From contig CM000436.1 of assembly GCA_000165345.1 (NCBI GenBank), positions 32,001 to 96,000 of the forward strand: a stretch of 64,000 nt of DNA, in the 5' to 3' direction. Below the pieces are notes generated by a model. It was not told the DNA's origin and searched no databases. It was given only the letters and a program-made list of their open reading frames with translations. This document shows positions 29,601-39,827 of this stretch, piece by piece; within the stretch, counting starts at the first letter, position 1; every line of letters starts with the position of its first letter. The translations under genes and the position numbers were made by a program.

Positions 29601-30065
29601 AATTCATCTCCTCATTATCCTTTGACAGCAACATCATCTCCTAATTACAATTTAATTCAACAAGAGAATATAGCTAGGGATACAGAGAAGAAAGTAATAG
29701 TTGGAGGAAATAGCTCAAGAAGAAGCTTGACTTTAGACTCTGGAGAGTCTAATCCAAATGTAATTCCGTGTGTACTGCAAGAATCGATAATTGATACAGA
29801 AAATTCTAGTCAGCATCATCATAATAAAACACTGAATCATCAAGAATCCGTAGTAAATAAAGGCGATAATATGATGGGAGGCGCTTCATCCATTATGTCG
29901 TTTACATCCTCAGCTAATAGGAATTATTCATATATTAATAACACAAATAATGGTAAAGCACTTGCAAATATTGCTAGTTATTGTCCAGCAGAACATACAT
30001 TAACAGATAAGATGCCAGAAACTAGATTAGAAAGAAAATCTAGAATTCCATCCAGAATCTTATAA
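26673..30065 (+). CDS. Hypothetical protein (1130 aa) with N-terminal EF-hand-like pair and long N/S-rich low-complexity regions
   Basis: The ORF is long. The segment MIFMYYDKGNKGYWNMYDWELLMRDI is a degenerate EF-hand loop. No other recognisable domain is present. Confidence 0.6.
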   Translation: MLVIKEEDYNSLWAELQWDGEKFDKVMGYFRKYAGLEEGLSREKLSKLLLDLGKSCYTIRGGVSSMTERGDLCWIMSGTDMLSGSQFMCLAGLLDNSTPHSTSSPAGLLRLEMIFMYYDKGNKGYWNMYDWELLMRDIQYPAKNGEKLVPYPLGADQYINFETLKKLVDTRRLRGTSQLLRVSFESGNPERKENIEIIKDSNITDKKVDSENLISNVNKPLSDNNTFSLKEGNVEYIKLSEKTTYSPIIQSRGKPDEKFSNNVNTHKLQVFSPRKKVAEKKSPSKKRLQKQNSGIHEGFDASQDTLSPRPLTSRGTFFDYNTKSSVYQDGVSSYMSRIPVVSNALDSNYTPRLAFRGSVAPNSYYTVNDGRQFIANQVTPSVVPNAIQHIPYQIPVNVSYQQMPIQQFMRPTSNYISPHIAAQINKGVMESGSLGSPMMNSSNAGADDRSGMQNFNKFQTFGQSLQNMGQSIISMIPKVFSVPNITVGAGNYSYVSQDDIQKRGGKSLNDGVINPHFQSSPKSIINTNEQPDTNSIYGSTRKVSDNSNFNMGGETMSNGMMLPNFHSTYSNENYPMSIDLSKLNAVTLPVIPESGSNFNSYQVGKAGGEIVIKESANEVEDVKLNKIISHEIKSEIENGTKKPIRIEEVDHFFTFMEQLLYNEIVGSAGLFDKVLESHESNFQLSDKEEMLIGPLMQLTTMDQFVLTFALNCVVSHQNSGNSYNQNEGVLGNGVSIDVVGEKINSLIDLFHRIYRIMFQDLRNEVERNGDAILSSNSIDDQQKVQDKDPFVGYGFLPYIVKMVWEKVRAALEGDLDIIETIKDICVVYYHYLLESNGSFATENNSEESSQALKYSSIEEMIEIVRQRYVVAMKMLSLNNSAKTNSAEAKKIKNQASVLRQEPVPDPSISKITQAPHSLPKPQTCIDYSHLQNKGKSIGQVQNQIRYENQLRGENFNLILKEVNKSVFVPVAKSRVSNSSPHYPLTATSSPNYNLIQQENIARDTEKKVIVGGNSSRRSLTLDSGESNPNVIPCVLQESIIDTENSSQHHHNKTLNHQESVVNKGDNMMGGASSIMSFTSSANRNYSYINNTNNGKALANIASYCPAEHTLTDKMPETRLERKSRIPSRIL

Positions 30066-30320
30066 GATCTTTTCTCTTTTGGAGGTCGAAAACAATATAA
30101 TATATACTATATTAAATAAACAGAGTTATTAAAGTGTAGGTACGGAAGAAACCCACTTCTGTGGACTATTCAAAGTGTCCATTTACTTATTTTCTGTAAT
30201 TCAATGAACAAATATAAATAGGTATATATAAATAATTACAAATTGCAAGGAATAATAGTAGATTGTCTTTGACTAAAATTACTTCCTGTGTGGAAGGTTA
30301 CTAATAGAAAGTATTGCATT

Positions 30321-30345
30321 TTTAGCGGCAATGTTTGGCGGTAAA
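30321..30345. promoter_or_regulatory. Tandem E2F-like boxes (TTTAGCGGCAA / TTTGGCGGTAAA) about 270 bp upstream of the TBP-like gene
   Basis: The sequence is tttagcggcaatgtttggcggtaaa. Confidence 0.45.
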
Positions 30346-30605
30346 TTGTTGTATTAAAAATTTATTAACATTTCTGAGTAAAAACAAAATTTGTTCTTTT
30401 TCAAAGAGTTGCTTAGTCATTACTTAAAATACCAAAAGATAGGTAGTATTAAGGGGAGTTGGATGATTGTGGCAGAAAGTAATTGGTAAGAAGTTTAGAG
30501 TTGAATTATGAAAAGTAAAGACCTTTGTTTTAATAATATAAACTAAAAATTCAAGCAAGAAGAAAAGAAGCTGAGAAAAATTAGGGAAGCAACAACACAT
30601 TTATA

Positions 30606-31528
30606 ATGGAGGCTTCAAGGTGTGAATTTGAGGAAGATATTGGTTCAGTTATGGAAATGGAGGAGCCAGAGCAGCCAATGGTATTAAATATTTACAATGT
30701 ATTAGCAAGCGCAAATACTGGAGTGAATATTGATTTACCATGGTTTACAGAGAATTTTGGGAACACATATTATGATCCTCAGGAGTTTCCTGCTGCAAGG
30801 TAAGTTATTTTAAGTTTTTAAGGGGATAATTAATCCTAGGAAAGGATTAAATTACAGTTGGTGCATTTGAAATTAAATATATGTTTTTATATTTTAACTT
30901 AATTTCATGCCCTTATATACTCTATTTTTGCCATTTATAACATCTAATTTATTGTATTTTTAGAGCCGATATCCCAGATAAACATACGAAAAGTGTGGTT
31001 ACAGTTTCGGCATTTTCAAATGGTAAAATTCAAGCCACAGGAGGGGTTAGCGTTGAATGTACAAAAAATTCACTCAAGAAGATCGTTAGAAAACTTAGAA
31101 GTAAAGGTTTTGAAAAAGCAAAACTTTTAAGTTTTGAGGTTCATAATATTCAAGCTGTTATTGATGCTGGCTTCCCTATTGATCTCAGAGTACTTCGCGA
31201 AATTTATGTTTTTGTGGACTATGAACCAGAAAGAAACCCTGGTCTCAGAATCCGTATTCCTGTTTTATATCTTTACAATCAAGGATGCAATCCTGAATTC
31301 TTACAACGGCAGCTATTAGCACACCAATATGGAAACGTGAATCAAAACAAAGGCAGACTAGAGCGGGCAAACAATCCCGCCTTTTTTAGAAATGGTAAAA
31401 TTGAAATTGTGACATTAACCATTCATTTTTCTGGAAAGATAGGTATGGCAGGTGGAAGAAGTGTGGAAGGATTACAGAAAGTGTTGGAATATATAAAACC
31501 ATATTTGATACGCTCTAGGTTAGTCTGA
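30606..31528 (+). CDS. Divergent TATA-binding-protein-like factor (TBP fold, two repeats); 2 exons
   Basis: Exon 1 is 30606..30799, the 164-nt intron is GTAAGTT...TTTTAG, and exon 2 is 30964..31528, which is in frame. Both TBP repeat signatures are present: IYNVLASANTGVNIDL...YDPQEFPAAR/ADIP...AFSNGKIQATGG and FEVHNIQAVIDAGFPIDL...YEPERNPGL...FRNGKIEIV...FSGKIGMAGGRS. It is much more divergent than a canonical TBP. Confidence 0.7.
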
Positions 31529-31743
31529 ATCTTTTTGTATGTATTGTGTTTTTCCGATAACAATTGTACATACCACCTTAATATTATTGGAACAGATGGC
31601 TAGATTTGTGGTAAAGCAATTCATTCTTTGTTTAGTGACAAATTATAAGCAAAGAAGTAGATAGATAGAGTTGTTGAATTAGGAAATGTTATGTTATCGT
31701 TTGTTTTTAACTTAATTTGCTTTTTTTTTTTTTGTTAAGAGCT

Positions 31744-32316
31744 CTAATAAAGGGATCTATTAATTGATTTAAATAACGAGAGGTTTGACTCAAACAGAAT
31801 GGAGGCGAACTCATTGAATGGGTCAGAGTTAGAAGGTTCTATTAAGAGGTTGAGTAAACCACAAATTACTATGGAAATTGTTAAAGTTGGCTTCCAGTCT
31901 TCTCTAATTATATTAATACAAACGTGCCCAAGCTTATCAATATTTGGATGAAGAATTTTACTTAAACACTTCACTTTTGGAGGCTTAAATGGGTACTCTT
32001 TTGGTACCCTAATAATAAATTGTAGTGTTTTATCTGTCCAAATACCCTCTTTAGGTTGTAAAACGACTACAAAACAATTAGATATATTGTCAAGATCTAA
32101 CTTGCTTGTATCACATAGATTTTCTATAGTATCATTATCAAGAGCTGTTTCTGTATTAAATTTTACCTTACAAAACTCTGGTAATCCAACATCTTCAAAT
32201 TCTTTTCTAAGCCTTAGCAGGGAAACATCCATATTAGTCTTGGCTTTAAGACTAAATTTAGGTCTATAATAAATAGAATTTATATAAATATATCCAGAGT
32301 TAATTAACGATAACAA
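31744..32316 (-). CDS. UBC12: NEDD8-conjugating enzyme Ubc12 (UBE2M-like E2)
   Basis: The UBC core is KVKCLSKILHPNIDKLGHVCINIIREDWKPTLTISIVICGLLNLLIEPSNSDP, with the HPN catalytic motif and active-site Cys. It is most similar to the UBE2M pattern [25 protein letters not shown]. The N-terminal RPKFSLKAK resembles the Ubc12 E1/DCN1-binding extension IKLFSLKQQ. The true start is uncertain and an unrecognised 5' intron is possible. Confidence 0.75.
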   Translation of the reverse strand: MLSLINSGYIYINSIYYRPKFSLKAKTNMDVSLLRLRKEFEDVGLPEFCKVKFNTETALDNDTIENLCDTSKLDLDNISNCFVVVLQPKEGIWTDKTLQFIIRVPKEYPFKPPKVKCLSKILHPNIDKLGHVCINIIREDWKPTLTISIVICGLLNLLIEPSNSDPFNEFASILFESNLSLFKSINRSLY

Positions 32317-32551
32317 CTAGAGACTTTAAGGAAGAATCTTTTGAAAGCCTAGGATTACTTTAAGCTCACATTAATTTATCAATCTAGGAAATTACTGCTA
32401 AAGAATTATGCGCTATTATTAAAAATATATAAGGGGGAACATAAAAATATAAAATTGTATTATTCAAAATTATATCTAAGTTAAACCTGCATCTAAAACA
32501 TACTTTGTTTAGAAAACCCAAATCCATAAAATACTTGAAATATCTCTGTTC

Positions 32552-33229
32552 TTAATCAATTATCTCCCCATCTTCAGAGTCCAATTTTGGCTTTGCAGTC
32601 TTTCTAAGCATTGATGTCCCGCACTTCTTACATAGTACAGCATTATATGATATAGGATAAGCCATACCTAGTTTACAGCTCTTACAAGGAGCAAAAATGC
32701 AGCCAAGATCTTGAGAGTTTGTACTGAGCAGAATCTGAGGAACAACACTTAGAATAGAGCACCTAACAACATCACCAGGTCTATAGCAGTCATTCATCCA
32801 ATAGCTAGCCTGAGATTCTAAATGATCATTAGCTAAGCCCGTTGAGGCTGAACCGGATGAAGATCCGGATGTTGAGGATGCATATGTCACATTTGGATCT
32901 GCATCACTATTCATATTCCAACATCCAATATCTTGTGGACGTATTAGGCCTGTTACACCCTCTATTTCATTTTTATATCCTCTACCACTCCTATCTAAAA
33001 GTCTAACTTCCACTCCTTTTCTAGGTAAAACTCTGTTTACTACGCCTATGGCTTTTCCTCCTTCATTGTTTCCAACTTGCATTTTACCAATCTGGTCCTC
33101 TCTACACATTAAAGAGGCGTACATATCCCCATTATCATCCATATAGACTCCATATAGTGGCTCTTTGGCCTCTACTATGCGTCTAACTGGCTGACCTGGA
33201 ATTAGAACCTTAACAGATTCCTCCTTCAT
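32552..33229 (-). CDS. Exosome cap subunit CSL4-like (N-terminal domain + S1 domain + C-terminal zinc ribbon)
   Basis: The ORF is 225 aa. S1-like strands are present (GDVVRCSILSV). The C-terminal Cys cluster CIFAPCKSCKLG...CKKCG is consistent with a Csl4 zinc ribbon. The assignment is moderate. Confidence 0.5.
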   Translation of the reverse strand: MKEESVKVLIPGQPVRRIVEAKEPLYGVYMDDNGDMYASLMCREDQIGKMQVGNNEGGKAIGVVNRVLPRKGVEVRLLDRSGRGYKNEIEGVTGLIRPQDIGCWNMNSDADPNVTYASSTSGSSSGSASTGLANDHLESQASYWMNDCYRPGDVVRCSILSVVPQILLSTNSQDLGCIFAPCKSCKLGMAYPISYNAVLCKKCGTSMLRKTAKPKLDSEDGEIID

Positions 33230-33287
33230 CTTAGTCTAATTTTATAATATATTTTGTATTTAATGAAAATATATAGGTAAATGGTAT

Positions 33288-33300
33288 CTTGGCGCCAAAA
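33288..33300. promoter_or_regulatory. Palindromic E2F-like box TTGGCGCCAAAA in the divergent promoter (33229- / 33851+)
   Basis: The sequence is cttggcgccaaaa. Confidence 0.45.
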
Positions 33301-33575
33301 ATAAGGATGAAAAGCAAGAATTAATAATTAATAGTAAAATAATATTTAAAAAGTTGGTGTGAATCAACATGAGCTAGCTTTGTAATATGTATTGTGTTTC
33401 GTCCGAATATTTGTTGAAACTCGTGTTTTTTCGAATTAAAAGGATGCTTTTGTACCAAACAAAAGTTTTGTACATAATAGCTTTGTAGATAGGAAAGATA
33501 ATGTGAAAAATACATACATAATTAAAATGATTAAGGTCATTAGAATAAAATAAAAAAATGACAAAAAGATGGAAT

Positions 33576-33626
<51 letters not shown>

Positions 33627-33850
33627 GGTTTAATCAGAATACATAATATGGCAAGCAAATAGACTTCAACAAGTGGGGAAAGACTGAACAAAATATGTGG
33701 AATTTGTAGCAAGTGTGGGAAGGAGAGAATTATAATTAATTAATTAATTAAAGTTATTCAAGTTAATAGGGGAAAAGGAAAAAGAAACAAAACTGTGAGG
33801 TTTCTAGAATTGTAAGTATAAACAAAATAAGAAGAATATTCTAACCCAAT

Positions 33851-34858
33851 ATGGCAATTACGAGAAGAAGAGGAGCGGAGGAAAATAGGCCAAAGAGTAC
33901 TCCCTCTAGATCAGCCAGAAGAACTAAGGAAGAGGATGTGGAATTTGGTTTAATGGAAGTGATTAGAGAAAAGGTATATAGTATTTCATTTTTATTTAAA
34001 AGTATGATACCATCTTGGGGATTATTACTTTTTTGGTTATTTTCAGCTCTAGAAAGTAGCTTTTTTTATATATACGTATCATTATTCTCCCCACTTCTTA
34101 GACCTCTAGTTTTTGAGGGCCAAGGCCACAAAATATTAATGAGCTACTTGGGAAATCAGAGTTTCTTTCCTTTACTTCAAAAATACAAGATAATAAGCCA
34201 TATTGATCAAGTTTTCGGATGGTTAAGTACATGGGATCAAACAAACCAACTAAGATTTTTAGCATTCTGTTCATCTTTTATTTTTGGATATGTAATATAT
34301 AGAGGATATGAGGTTTGCCCAACTTACTCAATGGTAAATTACCACCTTGGTAAATATCCAAGTTTTGGTATAATGATGGGGTCGGTAATATCTTCCACTT
34401 TGGGAGGAGTAATGGGTGGCATTTTATTATTTTACCTTGGAAACGAATATCAAATAATTCCAAAATATCTACTTGAGGGTTTGAAGCATGGGGATTACAG
34501 TCTTTTCCCTCTGAGTAGTTTTTTTGGAGAAGCTCTACTTTCTTTCCTCTATAGTCTTGGAGTTAGCATTGTGTGTAGGGTTGGACCAGGGTTTTTTGGA
34601 GCGGCAGAAATCTCCTGGTTTTCAAATGCCAATATTAGTATAATTGCTAGTTCCATGAGGGCTCCTGGAAACTTATCTCTAACTTATTCTGCTCTTTATG
34701 GTGCATACTCTGGAGATTATATAGGAGCCACAATTCTTGGAATTGCAAATATCACAGGAACTTTGTTAATGAATTTCCTTTTGATGTTTAGAGGAAGTTC
34801 AATTGCAAAAAAGACCCAAGTTAGGCGCAAGACCACAACCAAATCCAAACAAAAGTAA
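33851..34858 (+). CDS. Hypothetical multi-pass membrane protein (335 aa), basic N- and C-terminal tails
   Basis: About seven hydrophobic helices lie between an Arg-rich N-terminus (MAITRRRGAEENRPK...) and a Lys-rich C-terminus. No recognisable family. Confidence 0.55.
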   Translation: MAITRRRGAEENRPKSTPSRSARRTKEEDVEFGLMEVIREKVYSISFLFKSMIPSWGLLLFWLFSALESSFFYIYVSLFSPLLRPLVFEGQGHKILMSYLGNQSFFPLLQKYKIISHIDQVFGWLSTWDQTNQLRFLAFCSSFIFGYVIYRGYEVCPTYSMVNYHLGKYPSFGIMMGSVISSTLGGVMGGILLFYLGNEYQIIPKYLLEGLKHGDYSLFPLSSFFGEALLSFLYSLGVSIVCRVGPGFFGAAEISWFSNANISIIASSMRAPGNLSLTYSALYGAYSGDYIGATILGIANITGTLLMNFLLMFRGSSIAKKTQVRRKTTTKSKQK

Positions 34859-35182
34859 TTCTTTGTAAAATGTCTGTTTTTCCTATCTACTCATTTATCA
34901 TTTGTTTTCTTTTTTTTTCCTCACCTTAATTTTTCTCGTTTATGTTTTTTATCTGGCCTTATAAATTCCACGACTTTACGAGCATAAAACATTCAGGCAA
35001 TGAATTCGTGCATCCACGTCATGTGGAACGCCGGTATGGGAAATAAACTTGTTGGGGGGAAATTATTGCATGCAAACAGAGGCATCAGAAGAGTAAAAAG
35101 TTGGGAAATGAGAAAGGTATGAAAAAAATTGTTTTGAATATAAAAAAAAAAGTTAAAGCAAATAAGTATATATATTTGAAAT

Positions 35183-36901
35183 TCACTGGATAGCATTACA
35201 TTCAAAAGGAGCCAAGAAGTTTTCATATGAAGTGTAGTTAATTTTGGAGAGATACATTTGTGTGGCAGGTTTTCCAGTTTTTTGGAGTAGCTGGGGAATA
35301 AGTTGTACAGGAAGGAAAACAAAGCTTTCCCCATTGCTGAGAGACTTTAGAAGACCAAATTCATTGAAAGTCATAAGAATATCATTGCATTCAATTCTAG
35401 TCATCTCACTTAACTGTTGGACGGTGATAAACCTGGTATTTGGGCAGCATCCAATGGAAGGACAAGAAGATTTATCAGAATTTGCATCTGAATTCATTTT
35501 TCTCTCTTTTTGTTTTGAAGATCTGGTAGTCCTTTGAGTGGACTGAGTCTGATGAATAACATCTTGGAAATTACTTATAGTTGCAGCTTGTTTCAGTAAT
35601 GATTTCTCCTGAGGTTGGTCTTTTTGGGGTTTATTCCAAAGAATTACATCTTGAGAGCCGTCCATTAAAAGTTCTAGTAAAATATAGCCCCAATATGATA
35701 TATAAGAGACTCTACCAAGATCTGAAAGTGGTCTTTCAGGAGAGCCTGGCTTTTGCTCAAGATTTGAAAGGCAATATGAAAAGTTAATTAAGTACTTTCC
35801 ATAGCCCTTTCGCTGATATTGAGGAAGAATCATTATACAAGAAAGATTATTCTTGCTGAACTTTTCTTTTGAAAAATATCCAACAATGTGATAACCTTTA
35901 TCATCGCATTCAGTAAGGACATAAAACAAGAAGAGATGTACAGAGTTGTATAAAGTTTTATGATCCAAGAAAAGCTTTGAAAGGAAGCATAGATTTTCGC
36001 AATAAACTCTGGCAAGCCTTCCATCAACTTCAAACATGGAAAGTCCATCTTGTCTAATAAGCTCGTTTCCAGGGGGATAGAACATAATGCAACATCTCTG
36101 ATGTCTAGTATATTCATCTGAATGAGCAAAGAATGAGAGGCAAAATTCGCATATATATAAAATATCAACATTCTGTACCTCCTTAGGGTATGGAGAATAG
36201 TACCAAGTATCAACCACAAAAGGTCCCATAGCTATTTTGCCAATTGTCTTTACTTTGGTTAATTCTTCGTGCTCCTTTAAGTATTCTTCATCCATTCCTT
36301 CGTGTGCTATGTCATGATAATATGGAATCTCCCCAATAATTATGTCATCCTTTGCAACAGAAATATCTGAAGCTTTTAGTTTAGGTTTTGGAGGTTCATT
36401 AGTCGAAGCAGAGGCTTCTGAATTCTGGGTTTCATGGTCGTGTTTTGGCTTGCTGTGAGAAAGAGGTAAGTATTCATTTGGAATAACTCTCAAAGATTCC
36501 CATGTTAGCCAACAATCCAACCTACGATCTGTTCCTTCCCAGTGAATATAGTAGTCATAGTTCATTGCAGGATTAGTATTGCTTCCTTTAAGTTTTGCCC
36601 TTCTTCTCTCTCTACAGTGCACCACTAGAGCTGGCCTCCAGATTCTAATGAGATTGGAGCTTGAATGATCCATACCTTCTGGAAGTCTTAACAAAGGTTT
36701 TCCCGAACTCTTCTGAGCGGATTTTTGTCGATACTCACATCCCATTATTTGTGTCTTGGGTAGCAGTGCTCCCGGAAACTGCTTCATATAAATATCAAGT
36801 CCAGACATTCCTCCACTTTTCTTTTGTTCGCCAGAAGACACCTTCTGGCCTTTCTTAAGTACCTTTGTCGTATCATCTTTGCTACTCTTTGTCATCCACA
36901 C
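35183..36901 (-). CDS. MYST-family histone acetyltransferase with N-terminal chromo-barrel (Esa1/TIP60-like)
   Basis: The chromo/tudor-knot is NYDYYIHWEGTDRRLDCWLT. The C2HC zinc finger is LYICEFCLSFFAHSDEYTRHQRCC. The acetyl-CoA-binding core is ILPQYQRKGYGKYLINFSY, with the catalytic region FLDHKTLYNSVHLFLFYVL. Confidence 0.85.
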   Translation of the reverse strand: MWMTKSSKDDTTKVLKKGQKVSSGEQKKSGGMSGLDIYMKQFPGALLPKTQIMGCEYRQKSAQKSSGKPLLRLPEGMDHSSSNLIRIWRPALVVHCRERRRAKLKGSNTNPAMNYDYYIHWEGTDRRLDCWLTWESLRVIPNEYLPLSHSKPKHDHETQNSEASASTNEPPKPKLKASDISVAKDDIIIGEIPYYHDIAHEGMDEEYLKEHEELTKVKTIGKIAMGPFVVDTWYYSPYPKEVQNVDILYICEFCLSFFAHSDEYTRHQRCCIMFYPPGNELIRQDGLSMFEVDGRLARVYCENLCFLSKLFLDHKTLYNSVHLFLFYVLTECDDKGYHIVGYFSKEKFSKNNLSCIMILPQYQRKGYGKYLINFSYCLSNLEQKPGSPERPLSDLGRVSYISYWGYILLELLMDGSQDVILWNKPQKDQPQEKSLLKQAATISNFQDVIHQTQSTQRTTRSSKQKERKMNSDANSDKSSCPSIGCCPNTRFITVQQLSEMTRIECNDILMTFNEFGLLKSLSNGESFVFLPVQLIPQLLQKTGKPATQMYLSKINYTSYENFLAPFECNAIQ

Positions 36902-37142
36902 GAAAAATCTACTACTCTTTAATAGAAGGTAAAAAAGATATCCTTCTCAATAGTCTTTTGATTTCTGGGTAAATGAGCAACTGTTGAAATCCTCCTCAAT
37001 TTTAATTAATTATTTCAGTTTTTTCCCCTCTAATTTAATTTTTTAAAAAAATCACACTTGGAGTCAAACGCTTTCTTTTGTCCTATACTTTTCCCTATCT
37101 TAAATACTAATTCTATTTAACCTTGATCAAATTAACCCATGG

Positions 37143-37172
37143 ATTCCCCGCCTTAAACACGCAATTTGGCGG
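37143..37172. promoter_or_regulatory. Paired E2F-like boxes (ATTCCCCGCC / ATTTGGCGG) about 250 bp upstream of the MYST HAT gene
   Basis: The sequence is attccccgccttaaacacgcaatttggcgg. Confidence 0.4.
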
Positions 37173-37347
37173 TAATAACTTGCCAGGTAAGTGGGGTGAC
37201 CAGTAAAGAGAATAAGTCAAGAATTAATAGACATGAAGATTAATTAGTATAATATAGATGATTTTGTCAAATTTTTTTGGTTATTAGACTTCTTTTGTGT
37301 GTATACTCTTGTTTATATAAGTTGTAGATATTGTAATAGGTTGTAAA

Positions 37348-39762
37348 TCAAATGAAAGAATTGTTAATGGTGTTTGAAACTTCGGAAATAATTGTCGAAT
37401 TTAAATTTGAGTTATTAATGAAAGGATGGCAGGTATCGGATACTGCATGGGCAAAGAGAATATCCATCCAGCTTGAATAGATACCAGAAATGACATCTAC
37501 ATTCTGAATGCTCCCCGATGTATGTCCTTCAAGGAGCTTATGACAATATAAACAATATAAGGGTACTAAAATTTGAGGTATGGCGTTAGGGTTTACTGAT
37601 AAAATCATTTTAGCTGCATCATCTAAGATCTCTTCCTCTGAGGATGACTGATAGAAAGAGCATTCCTGGCAAAGTTGATTTTTTAAACAGCTCAATTTTG
37701 CAAGACTATCTCTATTAAAATTTGACGTAGATTCCCAAAGTTGCTTTTCTTGATTCCAAGTAGGAGAGAGAACAGTCCAAAATATCAAATTAATATGCTG
37801 AGAAAATTCAATCATTGTTCTTAAAAATGGAGGGATCTTTAGGTTAGATCCTTGACCCGAAAATTCAGGAATTAGTTGTGAAATTGTTTCCAAAATCCCT
37901 CTTTGGGGATAAAATTCTGTCATTAAAATAAGCTGTTTATCAAGAGAGATATCTTTTGTTGGAATAGATTCTGCCATGTACTCTTCCGGGAGATTTTCTT
38001 GAAAGTTATACTGTGAATACATATCTATTTTTTCGTTGATAATATTCAGAAATAGAGTAGGAGAAACACCTACAAAATGCTCCAAAATCATCCAAATAGA
38101 CACTATCTGGTTAGTACCTTCAATTCTTGCCAATTCTATAAGAAGAATTATCTTTTCTAATAACAAAAGCAGTTGTTTTAGAGATATTTTGGGTCCGAAT
38201 GATTTCTGAAGCTCCAAAGTTACTTGGTTAAATCTCTCCACTATAAGTTTTCTAGAAAAATCGATCTGTTGATCTTTTAAAGGCACAATCTGATGAATGA
38301 AATCTCTGATTAACTTGAGAAATACTGAAATTGATTCATCCATGCTCCAATCTGGGATATACTCATTTAGAAAACATTGTCTACACTTTAAATCACTTGA
38401 TTCTCCATTACTCATAAGAAAGATTTTATCTGCCTCTGTTTCAAGATTATCTGATACATATTCAAATAAGAAAGGAATCTTATTTGAAATCAATGTCAAT
38501 GCTCTTAGTACATCATCTTTTAAATCTGGTGAGTCTGAACATTCTTGTAAATAAATTGCAGGGTCGCAAAGATCAGTCTCTACCAGCCAAAGAGCATAGT
38601 TCATCAAAACTCTGGATCTCAAATTCTTTGACTTGAGTTCCAAAGGTACTTCCTCAAGAAATCCTTCATAAAAGAGAGGATCAAACAAATGTACAGCAAG
38701 AAATGGCCCATACAATTCAGATGACTCGTATATATGAACAATTAATTTGCTTAAATCCCTTGAAAGCAAATACAAAGCTCCAAGTTCATGCTCTAATATA
38801 TCTTGAGGAGCTTTCCTAAGAGCAGATGATCTCTTATTTTGTGATGATCTCGTCACAGAAGAGCCGAGTCCAGCTACTGGAGACGTATACTGGCTTAAAC
38901 AGTCCAAGTAAACAGATAAGAACTGAGGAAAGTTATCCAAAGTTATTCCAGAAACATACCTTGAAGAAAACACAAAAGCTTCTAACCAAGAATCAGAACA
39001 GTCCTGAATTACGCCTCCATTACCAAAAATTCCTTCTAAGGCAGTCTGAACTACAGCAGGAAGACTATTCTTCAATGATTGAAGTTCTTTGGTTAAGCCT
39101 CTGCTAATTGGATAAATGTCCTTCGAATAATGGCTTAGCAAATTACTTAAAGTAAGTATAAATTTATTGTTCGGAAACAAACTCCAAAGACTTGAGTTAA
39201 ATAATTCAACCTCTCCCAATAATAGAGCTCTTGTAAGGAGCTTTCCAAGTCTTTCTTCTGCATGCATAGCTTCCGATACCCTACCAGTTTCTTGTAAATC
39301 TAAAAAGTTGTCAGAAGCTTCAGTTAACTGTCCAACTAACTGAGAAACAGAATCTCTCATTCCATATTTAAGATACCATTTGAACAAATTATCTATTAAT
39401 TCATCTTCATCCGAATAAAATACCACGTAGAATAACTCAAATATATATGCACTGAAAAAAAACATGTCCATTGATTCCTGAAGTTCATCAGGATTACCAA
39501 AGTAAGTACTCAAATTACCAAATGACTCAGAAAACACACTTTTCAAGCTGGAAACATACTGCTCCAGAGATTTAGATATTGCTTGGTCGCTTTTATTCCT
39601 TAATGTTGTATTGGCTTCATATTGGAAAGTCTCAAAAACATGATGTAAACTCTTTGCCATTACCTCCATCAAGGCCATCTCTGAGCTACCCGGATCAAAA
39701 CTCGGATCATCCATTATGCCTATTCTTCCAACTTTCTTTACTTTTCTTCCTAATTCCCACAA
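37348..39762 (-). CDS. Hypothetical protein (804 aa), predominantly alpha-helical; function unknown
   Basis: The ORF is long, with no recognisable catalytic motif. An E2F-like box lies about 55 bp upstream. Confidence 0.6.
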   Translation of the reverse strand: MWELGRKVKKVGRIGIMDDPSFDPGSSEMALMEVMAKSLHHVFETFQYEANTTLRNKSDQAISKSLEQYVSSLKSVFSESFGNLSTYFGNPDELQESMDMFFFSAYIFELFYVVFYSDEDELIDNLFKWYLKYGMRDSVSQLVGQLTEASDNFLDLQETGRVSEAMHAEERLGKLLTRALLLGEVELFNSSLWSLFPNNKFILTLSNLLSHYSKDIYPISRGLTKELQSLKNSLPAVVQTALEGIFGNGGVIQDCSDSWLEAFVFSSRYVSGITLDNFPQFLSVYLDCLSQYTSPVAGLGSSVTRSSQNKRSSALRKAPQDILEHELGALYLLSRDLSKLIVHIYESSELYGPFLAVHLFDPLFYEGFLEEVPLELKSKNLRSRVLMNYALWLVETDLCDPAIYLQECSDSPDLKDDVLRALTLISNKIPFLFEYVSDNLETEADKIFLMSNGESSDLKCRQCFLNEYIPDWSMDESISVFLKLIRDFIHQIVPLKDQQIDFSRKLIVERFNQVTLELQKSFGPKISLKQLLLLLEKIILLIELARIEGTNQIVSIWMILEHFVGVSPTLFLNIINEKIDMYSQYNFQENLPEEYMAESIPTKDISLDKQLILMTEFYPQRGILETISQLIPEFSGQGSNLKIPPFLRTMIEFSQHINLIFWTVLSPTWNQEKQLWESTSNFNRDSLAKLSCLKNQLCQECSFYQSSSEEEILDDAAKMILSVNPNAIPQILVPLYCLYCHKLLEGHTSGSIQNVDVISGIYSSWMDILFAHAVSDTCHPFINNSNLNSTIISEVSNTINNSFI

Positions 39763-39813
39763 TGATCAGATTTCAACTTTCTAACCAAATTATCTGCCTA
39801 ATAATAATAGCAC

Positions 39814-39827
39814 GTTTGGGCGGGAAC
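39814..39827. promoter_or_regulatory. E2F-like box GTTTGGGCGGGAAC upstream of the 37348..39762 gene
   Basis: The sequence is read directly. Confidence 0.45.

Noticed and set aside
31340-31390. E2F-like sequence (agcgggcaaacaatcccgcc) inside the TBP-like coding exon
   Set aside because: It lies within coding sequence, not a spacer. It is more likely coincidental codon content than a promoter element.
30995-31528. TBP-like exon 2 called as an independent ORF from a GTG codon
   Set aside because: The GTG is internal. A GT-AG intron joins it in frame to the 30606..30799 exon, restoring the first TBP repeat.
35026-35038. Possible weak E2F-like box (ggaacgccggtat) downstream of the 33851 gene
   Set aside because: It is a poor match to either box type and is positioned 3' of both neighbouring genes.
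35833-36219. 128-aa ORF nested in the MYST HAT gene (and the 35244..35537 and 36661..36858 + strand ORFs)
   Set aside because: These are alternate-frame or antisense ORFs inside a gene with strong homology support. No independent evidence exists for them.
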